A stretch of 58,544 bases of DNA, the filler included, from Sphacelaria rigidula (lineage: Eukaryota), in the NCBI GenBank assembly GCA_964200075.2. It is 7 parts of 7 records of this genome, joined end to end, with 100 filler letters (N's around TTAATTAATTAA, not from the genome) between each part and the next. Parts side by side here need not be neighbours in the genome. Positions count along the whole stretch, not along the records: positions 1 to 8,278 come from CAXNAA020011673.1; positions 8,379 to 16,656 come from CAXNAA020011674.1; 5 more parts are not named here. The stretch is one strand, 5' to 3'. Below the pieces are notes generated by a model that saw only the letters and a program-made list of their open reading frames with translations, searched no databases and was not told where the DNA came from. This document shows positions 1 through 10,908 of this stretch, piece after piece (position 1 is the stretch's first letter; each line of letters opens with the position of its first letter). The position numbers and the translations under genes were made by a program.

Positions 1-143
1 GGGTGCGTCGGCCGCCTCCGAATACAAACAAAAGGAAAAACCAAAGACAAAAACAAGGAAAACAGGGAACCATGCAAGGTAGGAAGAAGGGGAAACAGGG
101 CAGAACAAAAAAAAATAGAGAACAAAGGAAAACAAGAAAAAAA

Positions 144-190
<47 letters not shown>

Positions 191-563
191 AAGTGCTAAG
201 AAAAAGGAAAAGATAACACAAAAGCTGCATACAGAAACAGGCATACGCGGCAACGGTTCACTACAGAACACCGACATACGCGGCTACTGGGTACTGCCGA
301 GGGAAACGTGGGCAACCCGGCTACACGTTGTTCAGGGAAACGAGACCACGAGAGGACAAGGGAAAGCAGAAAAAAGACAAGAAAAAAAACACGACGAGAC
401 CAGGGGGACTACGGTGGGCGGTAGGGACAAACGCAGACAACCGACTCGCAACGGTACTTGAGGAAACGACACCAACGACAAGACAAGGAAAGATGAAACA
501 AAATCAGGGGGGATTTCAAAGAACACGAATAAAATCAGAAGGAACGCAAATTCGCCATCAAGA

Positions 564-1225
564 TCATTCCGTGTCCCACGCCGTGTCAGGGTTGCGCAAG
601 ACAGCTGTGTCGATGTCCCCTTTGTCGTGTCGTTGTAGGCACCAAGATCCTCGGCGAACGGTCGGCATCTCGATGTAGTAATCGTCGTTGAGACGGGTCT
701 TGAGAGGACCCGGGTCATCGAGGAAGCGGATGTAGTACGAATCGTCCGCCTCAGGATCTATCAAATGAATCTTCCCCAGCCACCACCGCGAATCCATAGC
801 CCTGTAACAAAAATATTCATCTTTCGGCAAACGTTTCTTCGAAAAAGAGCGCAGGTATTGCGAACGAGAAATGAGACTATAGCCCGAAATGACAAAACGT
901 GCCGAGTGTTCTCGGGCCAGTTCACGAGCTGCTGCGCCTTTTCGTATAGACCTATATCGTTTGTTCAACGGGCGGTGTTGGACGACATCTCCGACCCAAT
1001 ATAAAAGTATCTCTCTTCGAAAATGACACAATCCTCTTCCCGTTCCCACGTAACACGCATGAGGCCTTTCCAGTGAGTCTGATACATGACCGCAATTTTA
1101 CCGCCTCGACCTCGAACCAATTGATGGCCCGAGATGCGATCTACCACTACACGTTCAAGAGGACCGTCAGCGTCTTCAACCGTCATGTGGTACGGCGGGG
1201 ATTTCGCCGCATACTTGGTTAGCAC
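564..1225 (-). mobile_element. 3' end of a Ty3/gypsy (chromovirus-like) Pol: chromodomain followed by a Tudor-like domain, with a frameshift near 1030
   Basis: ORF 965-1303 gives VLTKYAAKSPPYHMT...VVDRISGHQLVRGRGGKIAVMYQTHWKGLMRVTWEREED, a chromodomain pattern. ORF 564-1049 continues CHFRREILLYW...FCYRAMDSRWWLGKIHLIDPEADDSYYIRFLDDPGP...GSWCLQ. It is followed on the minus strand by a long T-rich non-coding tail (1-560). Confidence 0.75.
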
Positions 1226-1584
1226 TGTTTGAGTGTTTGTAGCTTCGTGACCCCGTAAGAGGATGGGGTACAGACTCGACTCAGATAGTCGACCAATGGA
1301 CACGACTGCGATAGTCGATCAATGGACACGGCTGACTGCCGATCAAGATGAGGTAGAAATGTATATAAAGCTTTTTTGATGAAGAGGGAAGGAAGGGGAG
1401 TGGGCCCTATGGGGGCCAAGGTACCAAGATGCGACAAGCACCACTCACGTATGTCCAGTCACTAACATCACAATATAAAGTCATTCCGCGTAGTACCCGG
1501 AACTCAAACAGGTATGTCACTAGACTGTTGTCCTTACCCTGACTTGGTGTATCTTACTGAACACCGCAGGCCATCCTACGAACA
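1226..1584 (-). mobile_element. 3' LTR of a second LTR retrotransposon inserted into the chromovirus Pol
   Basis: On the minus strand, a G7 polypurine tract (1585-1591) is directly followed by TGTTCG (1584) and the segment ends ...TCAAACA (1226). There is an internal TATA-like CTTTATATAC near 1361-1370. The Pol reading frame starts exactly at 1225. Confidence 0.55.
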
Positions 1585-1690
1585 CCCCCCCATAGACTGC
1601 GCGTGTCAAAAGTAAGGTTCATGGACCATACTTGGTGAACAGAACTACTCACCGGAAAAAGAACTCTTCCGCTCACGGCGCATTCAACAG

Positions 1691-2714
1691 CACACGTGGA
1701 CAGATAGCACCCTTTGGGGCGCACTGTGCAGGGTCCGTCCAGGGTCCTCCACAGTCTTTGTGAAAAAACCCTGACAGTGAAATGCAAAATCTGTACCCGT
1801 GGCAGCGTTTTGATAGGGTTTTCCCCAGGGTTGGACTTGCAGCCCTGTGTAGGCACGTCGGCAAAGCCCTGCACAGTCATGTGGTAGTGTTTTGGTGAAA
1901 AAACCTCAAGTGTTTTTTTTTCGAAAATTCCAAATGTTTTGGTACAAAATCTGTAAATATCTTCAATACCTTGTCCTCCAAAAAGCAAAGCCTTGTCCTC
2001 CTGTCCGAGGTAAATTCCTCTTCACCCGATTTGAGTCAAGCGAAAACGAATTTATTTTGGACAGGAGGTCAAGCTAGATCCGAAACAGATTCTTTTCTCG
2101 CCCGATTAATTTCGGCAAAGGAAAGGATATATTTAGAACAGCAGAAGAAGCTGTTCAAGATCGATCCTTTTTTCGCCCATTTTCGAGATGAGCGAAAAAA
2201 GATCTATTTCGAACAGCTCCATTTGCTGCGCAAATCCCGTGCACACTGGAAAATTCGGAATTTGACCGGCAGAAGAAGCTCGAAATGAATATTTACTTTT
2301 CCCTCCCATTCATCCAGAGATTGGGGGAAACGAAATTCATGGCGAGCAGCGTTAGCTGCTGGGCAAATCCCGCATACTGCATCGTCACGGGTGCATGGGA
2401 TTCGACACGCAGAAAAAGTTGCTGAAAGGTATTCATCCTTTTACCCCCGAGTCCATGTATACATGGATGAAAGATGAATAGCTCTCTACCGCTTTCGCTG
2501 AACAGAGATCCCACACGTTGGATACGTGTGTATGTCCACACCTGTGCTTCGTGTGAAGCCCCTGGGAAGGTGGGAAGATGCCAGATGATCGGATATACCT
2601 CGTCATCATATTTACATTTCCTCCAAAACCCCGTCTTCCGTTCTCTACCAACACGAACCATGTTTAGAAAATATCATTTCTAATAAATTGTATTGTTGTT
2701 GTTGTTGTTGTTGC

Positions 2715-2750
<36 letters not shown>

Positions 2751-4261
2751 CTTCACATTAAAAACCGTTCCGATATCTGCGCGCTACATTGGTACTGGGC
2801 ATCTTATTATGCGGACGCCTTCCGTGGTCACATAATCGTACATGAATAGTATATATCTGGACCATCACTCCGTGTATTTATCACAGCACACAATCAAACA
2901 TCACCAAAAGCACCCGCCCGCACAACGGTGCTATTATTCTGCCCAGCTATACGACCACAACCCGCAGCAAAGAGCACGGGTTGGGCACAGGGATATAGAC
3001 ACATACACGCACTGCCGTGCGGCGCGGGTGGATATGATGTATTTCTCGTTGGTGGAAACTTGAGCACCTACTTCTTTCATGGTCGCGACATCGCGCGGCG
3101 ACGACATATGTGCTGCAGCAGCTGTGCGCGCAAATATATCACGTGGAACGAGCGTGAAAAACTGGAGTTCGTGACGGTATATATAACACCCGCCCCATAT
3201 ATCAAAATAAGGTGCAGGGATCTCTACATTGTATTCATAGCCAGCCATCTGCAGTACATGGCGCCGCACGTATAAGCACGGCGGTAAAGCGCACTGTCCC
3301 GCATGCAACGGTATTGTACAGTCCAGTATAGTTTATTGTTGTGAATATACATCCTGATTACGCAGTATGCGAGAAGATCGATGTTTCATTATCCCCTGTA
3401 TATTGTCTTAGTTTCGTCGACGCGGGACTACGGGGTTTTCATCAGGTGTATCCGTGTATCCGCGAGGTCAATTACCAGATGTTACTATGGCATCAGCTGC
3501 AACAAAAGCTTGCGTGCAGTGTATAGGACTTGAGCAGCTGGAGCTGCTCGCGAGCAAGTCCTTTCTCCACCCAATTTCAGGTGTTCTTGGTGTACAAATT
3601 CCATCTGCGATATACGGTGTATACATAGAATTGTCTGTACAGCTGAAGATTTTCGAAATGAATCTTTTCTCAAATATATTTTCCAAGTTTGAAATTAGGA
3701 TATATTTGAAACAGCAGCGGCTGTCCAAATTTCAGATTTCCATTACACTTGTGCCTCTAAAAACAATTCGGGGGATTCTCGTGTTATTGACACGGACCTT
3801 CGAGGGCCGCCCCAAAATTCAGAAGTACAAAAAGCTCAACAAACCTTTAACGACTGCCACGCGTAGCTCCGTGTACAACCGGCAGGCGACGCTATTGTGA
3901 AGTCGAGGGTTCGACTCCGGCCCACTCTAATCGGGTTTTTTTTCCGCCAGTACCTTGCGCCCGCAGCTGCTTGTGAAGAGTAGTGTTTCTGCGTAAACAC
4001 ACTGCACAGCATTCCCACCAGCGATGAACTATTCACGGGGCGACGGAACCCTGTGATGCACACTATTCATGACCACTGCAGAGAAACCCTGTGGAGAGGA
4101 ACCCTATGATGCACACTATTCATGACCACTGTACGGAAACCCTGTGGAGCGTCCTGTGCTACGCTGGAAAACACTGTACAGTAAAATTCCCGCCAGAAAC
4201 ACTACGCAGGGTACGTAAACCCTGTAGACCCCCTCCACAGGGTGCTATCTGTCCATGTGTG
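1691..4261. mobile_element. Non-autonomous CMC/CACTA(EnSpm)-like DNA transposon, about 2.57 kb
   Basis: TIRs CACACGTGGACAGATAGCACCCT (1691) and AGGGTGCTATCTGTCCATGTGTG (ends 4261), with AG on both sides as a 2-bp TSD. Subterminal duplicated units of about 53 bp lie at 4047-4150. No transposase ORF. Confidence 0.7.
2693..2832 (-). mobile_element. 3' end of a non-LTR retroposon with a (CAA)n tail
   Basis: A (GTT)n run at 2693-2750 abuts CTTCACATTAAAAACCGTTCCGATATCTGCG...GCGGACGCCTTCCGTGGTCAC. The same unit with a short (GTT)n occurs on another scaffold at 24735-24826. Confidence 0.6.
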
Positions 4262-4562
4262 AGTGCCAAAATACACTTTCAATACTGCATCCGACTGTAG
4301 TTGGACATAGCTTTTGAAAAAATGCGACTTAGGCAAGTTTGACATGAGGTATGTTGGGTGAGGGCATGGGAGCACGTGATCATGTGCTTGCGATTGATAG
4401 CGACTGCGTTGCAGGCAAGAGCGCCAACAGGTGATTTCTTCTATTATAGTGTATTCTTTATCTTATCAAATTGGCAATACCCGCGGTCGGAGATTCATAG
4501 CATCCAAACGGGTTAGCCACGTCTGCTGCCAACTATCGGGTCGTTAAAACTATCACTTGCAC

Positions 4563-5395
4563 CGTGCGATGGCCTGAACTGTGTGAGTGTATTGCAGATG
4601 CTGTAGTGTCGATACAAGACACATGGGGCAAGCGCGGACAGGTTTTCCAATCGCTGATGGTGGACATAAGCTATGTCGAAGTCGCGACTTGTACGTTCAG
4701 CCTATATCCATCCCCAGTCGGGCGGTGGTATTTTTTGGCACTGTGCAGCAGGCGCATTTCTCGCTCGCTACGAGGCCGTTTGCTCCGTGCGATGGCTTGA
4801 ACTATGGCTACGGACTGTTTGAGTGTATTTCTGGTGCTGTAGTGTCGATGCAGGGGACGTGAGCGGGCAGGTATTCCAATCGCTGGTGGTGGACATGAGC
4901 TATGTCCGAGTCGCGACTTGTACATGGTAGCTCATGTCCACCACCAGCCGGGCGGCGGTGTTTTTTTGGCATTGTGCAGCAGGCGAGTTTCTCGTCCACT
5001 ACGCGGCCGTTTCGACCGTGCGATGGCTTGAACGATGGCTACGGACTGTGTGAGTGTATTGCAGGTGCTAGAGTGTCGATGCAAGGCACATGGGACGAGA
5101 GCAGACAGGTATTCCAATCGCTGGTGGTGGACATAAGCTATGTCCACCACCAGCCGGGTGGCGGTGTTTTTTACACTGTGCAGCAGGTGCGTTTCTCGCT
5201 CGCTACGAGGCCGTTTTGGCCCTGCAATGGCTGGAATTGTGGCTACGGACGGTGTGAGTATATTACAGGTGCTGTGGTGTCGATGCAAGACACATGGGAC
5301 GAACGCGGGCGGGCAGTCAAATCGCAGCTGGGGGTGGACATAACTTTTGCCATGTCGCGACTTGGACACAAGCTATGTCCAAGTCGCGACTTGGA
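4563..5395. repeat. Degenerate tandem repeat, about four units of 200-230 bp, with internal palindromes
   Basis: Units start near 4563, 4786, 5017 and 5221 (CGTGCGATGGC...GAGTGTATTGCAG..GCTGTAGTGTCGAT). An embedded hairpin GGTGGTGGACATGAGCTA...AGTCGCGACT...TAGCTCATGTCCACCACC lies at about 4885-4945. Confidence 0.8.
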
Positions 5396-5409
5396 AATAG
5401 CGTTACCCT

Positions 5410-6690
5410 ACAATATATGTATCACCCGCCGTTCACAGATTAGATTGCAAACCCGACAACACTTATTCCCAGGTATAATACCACCACAATAACCCTGCAG
5501 CAAAGAGCACGGGTTGGGCACAGGGATATAGATGCACACTGCAGTAGTTGGGCATGATGAATGTCTTGTTGGTGGAAGTTTCAACTTGAGCAGCAGGGTA
5601 TGGTGCGGGCAACAACCGGCGGTTTACCGCATACACACCCACGGACAGTGCAGGCAGACAAAGCTGCGCACACTGTTCGAGTCCTTTTCACGTCGCACAG
5701 TTAGCAGAAAACATACATAACGTCCTGCGCTGTCTGTACTGTACTTCGTCCGCTTCCCTTTCACGTCCTACTGACTGCAGCGGTAAGCATGCTGCAAGAT
5801 CGGGCATCGTGATGAATACACAGTAGCTGACGGTATATAACACCCCCATGATGCACCCAAAGGTACAGGCATCCACTTTTTTTAGCCATACGTGGCGTGT
5901 ATGCCGCGCTAATTCTGCAGTATATTACACCGCACGTATACAAGCACGATATGGTGCTGTCCTGCACGGTATTGTGCAGTGCAGTACAGCATCAAACCAT
6001 GCTTATTGTTGTGATGGTCGTATCGTCATCAACGTACAGAGTAACCGGCGATCATAATTTTTCGCGTGTTCACTCGAAAAAATGCTTCACTTTGATGTTC
6101 GGATGGTAAACACAGGACTACGGGGTTCCGAAAATCTGTGTGTTTAAATATTTGAGGTTCATACAGCAAAATTACCATAGCCACAAGCTAAAGCTGAATA
6201 GCATGGCCGTGTGTACATACACTTTCAATCAGTGTATGGGATTTGAAACCTTCCGAGGCTGCTGAAGACTTCGATCCTCCTGCCCAATTGATATACGAAG
6301 TGGGGGGCAAGAGGACAAGATTTCAACGACTTCTGCTGTCTCTCGATTCTCATCCACTGATACAGTGCAGTATGTGGGACTTGAACAGCAGAAGCTGCTC
6401 GCAAATAAATTTTTTTTCGCCCAATTAAAGGTATTGGCGGGCAAAATGAGGATTTATTTCGAACAGCTTCTTGTGTACAAATTCCATTTGCTAGCGTATA
6501 TGGGATTTGCACAGCCTCTGCTGTTCGGAGTAAATCGTTTTTGCCCGATTCCAATAATTCAGAATCAGGGTTTATTTCGAACAGCAGAGGCTGTGAAAAT
6601 TCCGGGTTTTTATAGCACTTGTGCCTCCAAAAACAATCCAGGGAATTCTAATATCGGCACAGACCTTCGAGGGCCCCGACATTGAAGATC
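5410..6690 (+). repeat. Dispersed non-coding repeat family of about 1.2 kb, probably a DNA transposon derivative
   Basis: Aligns by eye in reverse orientation to 26700-27825, more divergently to 2905-3830, and partly to 13455-13870 and 12660-12900. Shared motifs include GCAGCAAAGAGCACGGGTTGGGCACAGGGAT and GAACAGCAGAAGCTG. Confidence 0.75.
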
Positions 6691-7134
6691 CTCTAGAGGA
6701 TTACGAATACTCAAGATCCTCTAGGGGGGGGTTCAAACCGACGGAACCGAGGATGACGTTTGAAAACTCCTCCACGAGGTAGCCGAATGGCCGCGTGTGA
6801 ATACTTCCAAGTTTGAAGCTCCATCCGCAACGCGGGAACTCTGCAAAATGATCGTGATGGAGTATCTCCCGCTGTCGGTAAGTCGTACCGCCAATTTTCA
6901 ATTCTCAAAATTGTACGTTGTAAGCAAAATAAAACGTTGCAACTCAAGTACCACCACAATTTGAACTGTACTGTACTGACTCTTGTACTGCTGTGCTATT
7001 TACCGCATTACTGCCCTGTACTGACGTGCTGATTGTTCGCTGTTGGTGTGTTTATGCTGTGCTGTGTTTTTTCCAGCAGAGATGACAGTCAGACAGTGCA
7101 GTAGAAACTGAGTAGGGTAGGGTGCAGAACACCT

Positions 7135-7315
7135 ACAAACAGTGAATCCTAGAAAATGGGGCTGATACAAAATATTGGGTTGAAGTGGCATTTTCTTTTG
7201 CAGGGGAGACGCGAAACACTAGCGACCCAACGAAGCCATCTTCCCCCCCAAATGTCCNNNNNNNNNNGAAGCAACGATAGAGAGGAAGCTCGTCGCCCGC
7301 GTCCTTTGTGTGTCC
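7135..7315 (+). repeat. Dispersed repeat, with a second copy at about 54760-55010
   Basis: Both loci share AAACAGTG.ATCCTAGAAAATGGGG...TTTTGCAGGG..GACGCGAAA...CGAAGCCATCTTCCCCCCCAAA and the downstream ...GTCCTTTGTGTGT. Confidence 0.7.
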
Positions 7316-8278
7316 TCGCTCGGCGTTTACCGAACTCTCGCGAGACTGGCATCACCGATCTTAACCAGCATGTCCCAAATTTTCCATGTCCCGAAACACC
7401 AAGCTGCGTAGAGATTCCGCCGTCTCTTCTTGCCTGTCGCCAACCCGAAGATCGACTTCTCTCTGCCTCTCCTTTTGGACAGGACGCGCCTCTGTGCACT
7501 GAAAAACATGTCGTTGAAAAAATAGAGCAATGTTCCCGGCACCGCTACAACTGTTCTCTGCCACACACATGCCAGGAAGGGCGGTGCTACGGCAATAACA
7601 GATATATCCAATTCGAACTTAGGGGGTGTTATTCATCGTTGATTTTCGCCGACCTCTCCCAACGGGGTGCCCGACGAGAACAGCCTGCCACGCGCCAGTT
7701 GAGGGGGGTGTATGAGAGATCAAACACTCGTAGAGACCTTTTTCACATGCGGAGTGAAAAACGATACCTATGGTAGTGACCTAACTGTTGCTAGCGTGGC
7801 GCATAGGCAACGTGTAGCACGCTCGTCACGTGAACAGCTCGGTACAGTGCGAGTACCTTCCCAAAGGTAATAATTATTCCGATGTCAGGAGACCATGGGT
7901 CACGGAAACCAACTGCATCAAAGTCGCAAGACCTGTGAAAGCTAGAGAGTTTGATCTTTATGATTTGCATGCACAAAATTGAAATGCCTCTGAAAACCGG
8001 AGGGAGGACGGCTTCCCTGTCCCCCAGCCAGGCATCGATGAACGAGGAAAGACTTTTACAGGCGGGCACATTACACATGAGGGCCCGGAGAAGTTTCTTC
8101 CCATCAAAATCTGTGTATTCCAAGCTGAAAAGGCGTTCCATGCGCATTGTTTTCTAATACGAACGATAACTTGTCGATTTCTGTTCCGTTGTTCGAGCAA
8201 TGTCCGATGCCGATTCCGGAAACGTTTCGTATTACTGTTCGACAGTTTCTTCGGATGTTTGACTGGACCCGAAGCGGC

Positions 8279-8378
8279 NNNNNNNNNNNNNNNNNNNNNN
8301 NNNNNNNNNNNNNNNNNNNNNNTTAATTAATTAANNNNNNNNNNNNNNNNNNNNNNNNNNNNNNNNNNNNNNNNNNNN
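8279..8378. other. Artificial scaffold linker N44-TTAATTAATTAA-N44; also at 16657-16756, 25035-25134, 33413-33512, 41791-41890 and 50168-50267
   Basis: Identical 100-bp spacers containing a six-frame stop sequence, repeated every 8377-8378 bp. Confidence 0.98.
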
Positions 8379-8421
8379 CTGAGACACATTTTCGTCCATA
8401 GCGCCACCACTACGGCCTTAA

Positions 8422-8519
8422 CCCTTAGACCGCGAAGTTAGTCTTCTGTTGAATCGGCGTCAATTTCAAGTGAAAAAAAGTATGCATGATCCAGAAGGAT
8501 TAATTTCGCGGTCCAAGGG
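8422..8519. mobile_element. 98-bp piggyBac-like MITE
   Basis: TTAA|CCCTTAGACCGCGAAGTTA...TAATTTCGCGGTCCAAGGG|TTAA: a TTAA TSD and 19-bp TIRs (2 mismatches) starting with CCC. Confidence 0.85.
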
Positions 8520-9760
8520 TTAAAACAAAAATCCGCCTGTCACCCTCTTCGTCTCTTCATTGCGGTCAGTATGATACCAAATATATGCGACTATTGGGTG
8601 TGTATTGCGGAAGGAATTTGCTGATGACACAATTTTGGGAGATCACCATGAACCAGCCTGTATGTCTTCTCCGTTAGTTCCCCGAGCCAGTGGTGGTTGC
8701 TGCGACTTGAAGCATGTAGAGTTCGGGCTAGACAGGGGTTAGGAATTCATCATTCCAATTCCAGAACAATTTGAAGGCCGCTGATTGGTCGAGGTCGCCG
8801 ATGGCGCGACGCTATGGCTTGCGCGTAACATTATCGTGAACCCATGGAACAGCAACGAAGTCAACGCGTCATTAGAAGGGGAAAGAGGTCACCCTCGTCT
8901 CACTTCCTCCCCAACACTACGACGTATCGGTGTAGAACAGCAGTGACCAATCCTGAATACACGTCCACTGTACGGTTTACTCAAGAGATGAGGACGGTGA
9001 CTACACCACGTATTTTTGAGGCAACTCAACTGAGGTCGTCGCATTGCTTGCCAATAGAATACAAGCCGTTGAGGCTGTTGCGGCTCTATCAGACAGGGAC
9101 TTAAGTTACTCATGAAGCTCGTGTGATGTGCCTCGCGGCATTGTCACTCTCCTCCAAGTGACTGTAGCAGTGTTGTATGTTCTTCGACAAATATTGAGGA
9201 ACGCCACCATTACAAGTGGAGAATGGTTTTGACGACCATATTGAATAATGGCTTAAAGGCATTGTAAACATCCGGCACAGATTGGGCAGCTGGGCGTGGG
9301 TCCTTCACGCATCTTTGTGGGCCTCGCCAGGCAGGGGGAGCAAGAAGAACTACACCTACTCGATTATCCCGTTACATACAGGTGAAGAATCGCAGTATCT
9401 TGACACCAGCATAATCTCTCAAGTGGTGTCGAGGTCCCCCTCCATCTGCTCTCCAACAATCTGCGCTACTTATGTGAGAACAGAGCAACGACGCTGGGAC
9501 ATTTGCATACAAACTAGCCCCGACAGACGGTACAACAACATACATACGCCCCGCCCCTGTAGTACAGCAAAGCTCAGCACAGTCGGGCGGATCTGTGCGA
9601 ACACCAACATCAACACCAGTCTGCATGTCCAGCAACAGCGCATCACATCAGCCGCCGCGCCACCATCACCCAGCTCCCCCTCCTCTACCACTCCATCACC
9701 TAAAGAAAACGTCGAGAAAAGTGGAAGGCGTCTCTGTTGGCAAAACTACACTTTCACAAC

Positions 9761-10285
9761 ATGCAGGGAGCGGAAGTATTGGAGGCAGTGTCGCGCGGCA
9801 ACCTTGACATGCTACGGGATAACATCAACATGCTCGAGTCGGTGCGAGACGAAGCGGGCAACAATCCATTGCTGATTGCCGTGCGATGCGGTAGTATCAA
9901 GACGGTAGTGTCATTGGTGAAAGACATGGGTGCAGAATTAGCGTACTGTAACAACGCTGGTATGTCTTGTTTGCATATGGCGGCGGAGCGGAGCGACGCT
10001 AGGGCGACAGGAGGAGAGGGGGGACACGGCCGGGCGGGGGGGGCAGAGGAGGAGAGGGGGAGCGCCGCAGCTATGCTATCCGTGTTACTGGATGATCTTG
10101 ATGAGGCGGGAACGCTTCACGTGGATACTAGGGATAAGCAGAACTTTACGCCGCTGCATGTTGCGTGTATGTGCGGAGATGTGTCGGCAGCGCGGTGTTT
10201 ACTGAGGCACGGAGCGGACGTTGGGGCAGTGAGCGACAAGGGCTCAACCGCGGTGCACTGGGCGTGTTCACGGGGACACACCAAG
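9761..10285 (+). CDS. Ankyrin-repeat protein exon; the gene continues past the donor site but downstream exons were not identified
   Basis: Ankyrin motifs GNNPLLIAVRCG, GMSCLHMAAE, NFTPLHVACMCG and GSTAVHWACSRGH. Donor AAG|GTATGT at 10285/10286. The first in-frame ATG is at 9761; the true start may be upstream. Confidence 0.85.
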
Positions 10286-10717
10286 GTATGTATTAATAGT
10301 TGGCCATCATACGGTACTATCTGTGCTTTAGTTGCAGAGTGGACTCGTAACGAAGAACCGGCACACGGAAAGGCCCGGCCTGACAACCAATAATACCGAC
10401 GACTGAACCGAACCCAGCCGTTTCTGGATCACATGCAAGCGTGTCATGTTCGTTTGTACGAGAAACCGTCAGTCTCCAACTGAGGATTCTGAAGGTGGCA
10501 GCAGATCAGCAGCACAAGACGAAACTTGCGGACTGGCTCATTTTGAATTTTCAATTCTTATGACAGCATGGCTCGAGACGTGTCGACATGAGGGGCAAAG
10601 CTATTGCGAAATAACGGTTTCCACCATGTCTTGATTTCAATGCAAACAGAAAAGAAAAAAAAGTGCCCAGTTGTTTATTTTCACGTTCAATCCGTTCGCG
10701 CCGGAAAATTCTCGTCA

Positions 10718-10908
10718 AGGCGTATGATTGCACATTACTTTTCGATAGAAAAAGTGCGATAGAAAATAAAAATTCCGATCTCATAGGTCGTCACGTCAAC
10801 AGAATGGATCAACATAAACGACCTGGACTGAGTGATGGCGTGTCAGATCGGAATTTGTTTTTCTCGCCGCACCTTTTCGATCAAAAAGTGATTGGTGAGG
10901 ACACGCCC
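10718..10908. mobile_element. PIF/Harbinger (Tourist-like) hairpin MITE, about 190 bp, degenerate copy
   Basis: GGCGT...TTTTCGATAGAAAAAGTGCG...GATC arms mirrored by GATCGG...CGCACCTTTTCGATCAAAA...GACACGCCC. Same family as 14400-14581 and 15246-15629. Confidence 0.65.

Noticed and set aside
3-461. Lys-rich 152-aa ORF
   Set aside because: It is a translation of a poly-A, low-complexity scaffold end, the antisense of the T-rich tail downstream of the gypsy Pol.
4563-5395. CRISPR-like repeat-spacer array, or the repetitive ORF 4902-5492
   Set aside because: Whole units are homologous, so there are no unique spacers. No cas genes are present and the context is eukaryotic. The ORF is a by-product of the repeat.
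8323-8334. TTAATTAATTAA as a biological motif
   Set aside because: It is a six-frame stop linker inside N padding and recurs at a fixed interval.
10286-10393. C-terminal part of the 218-aa ankyrin ORF
   Set aside because: The ankyrin pattern stops at a consensus donor site (AAG|GTATGT), so the remainder is intron read-through.
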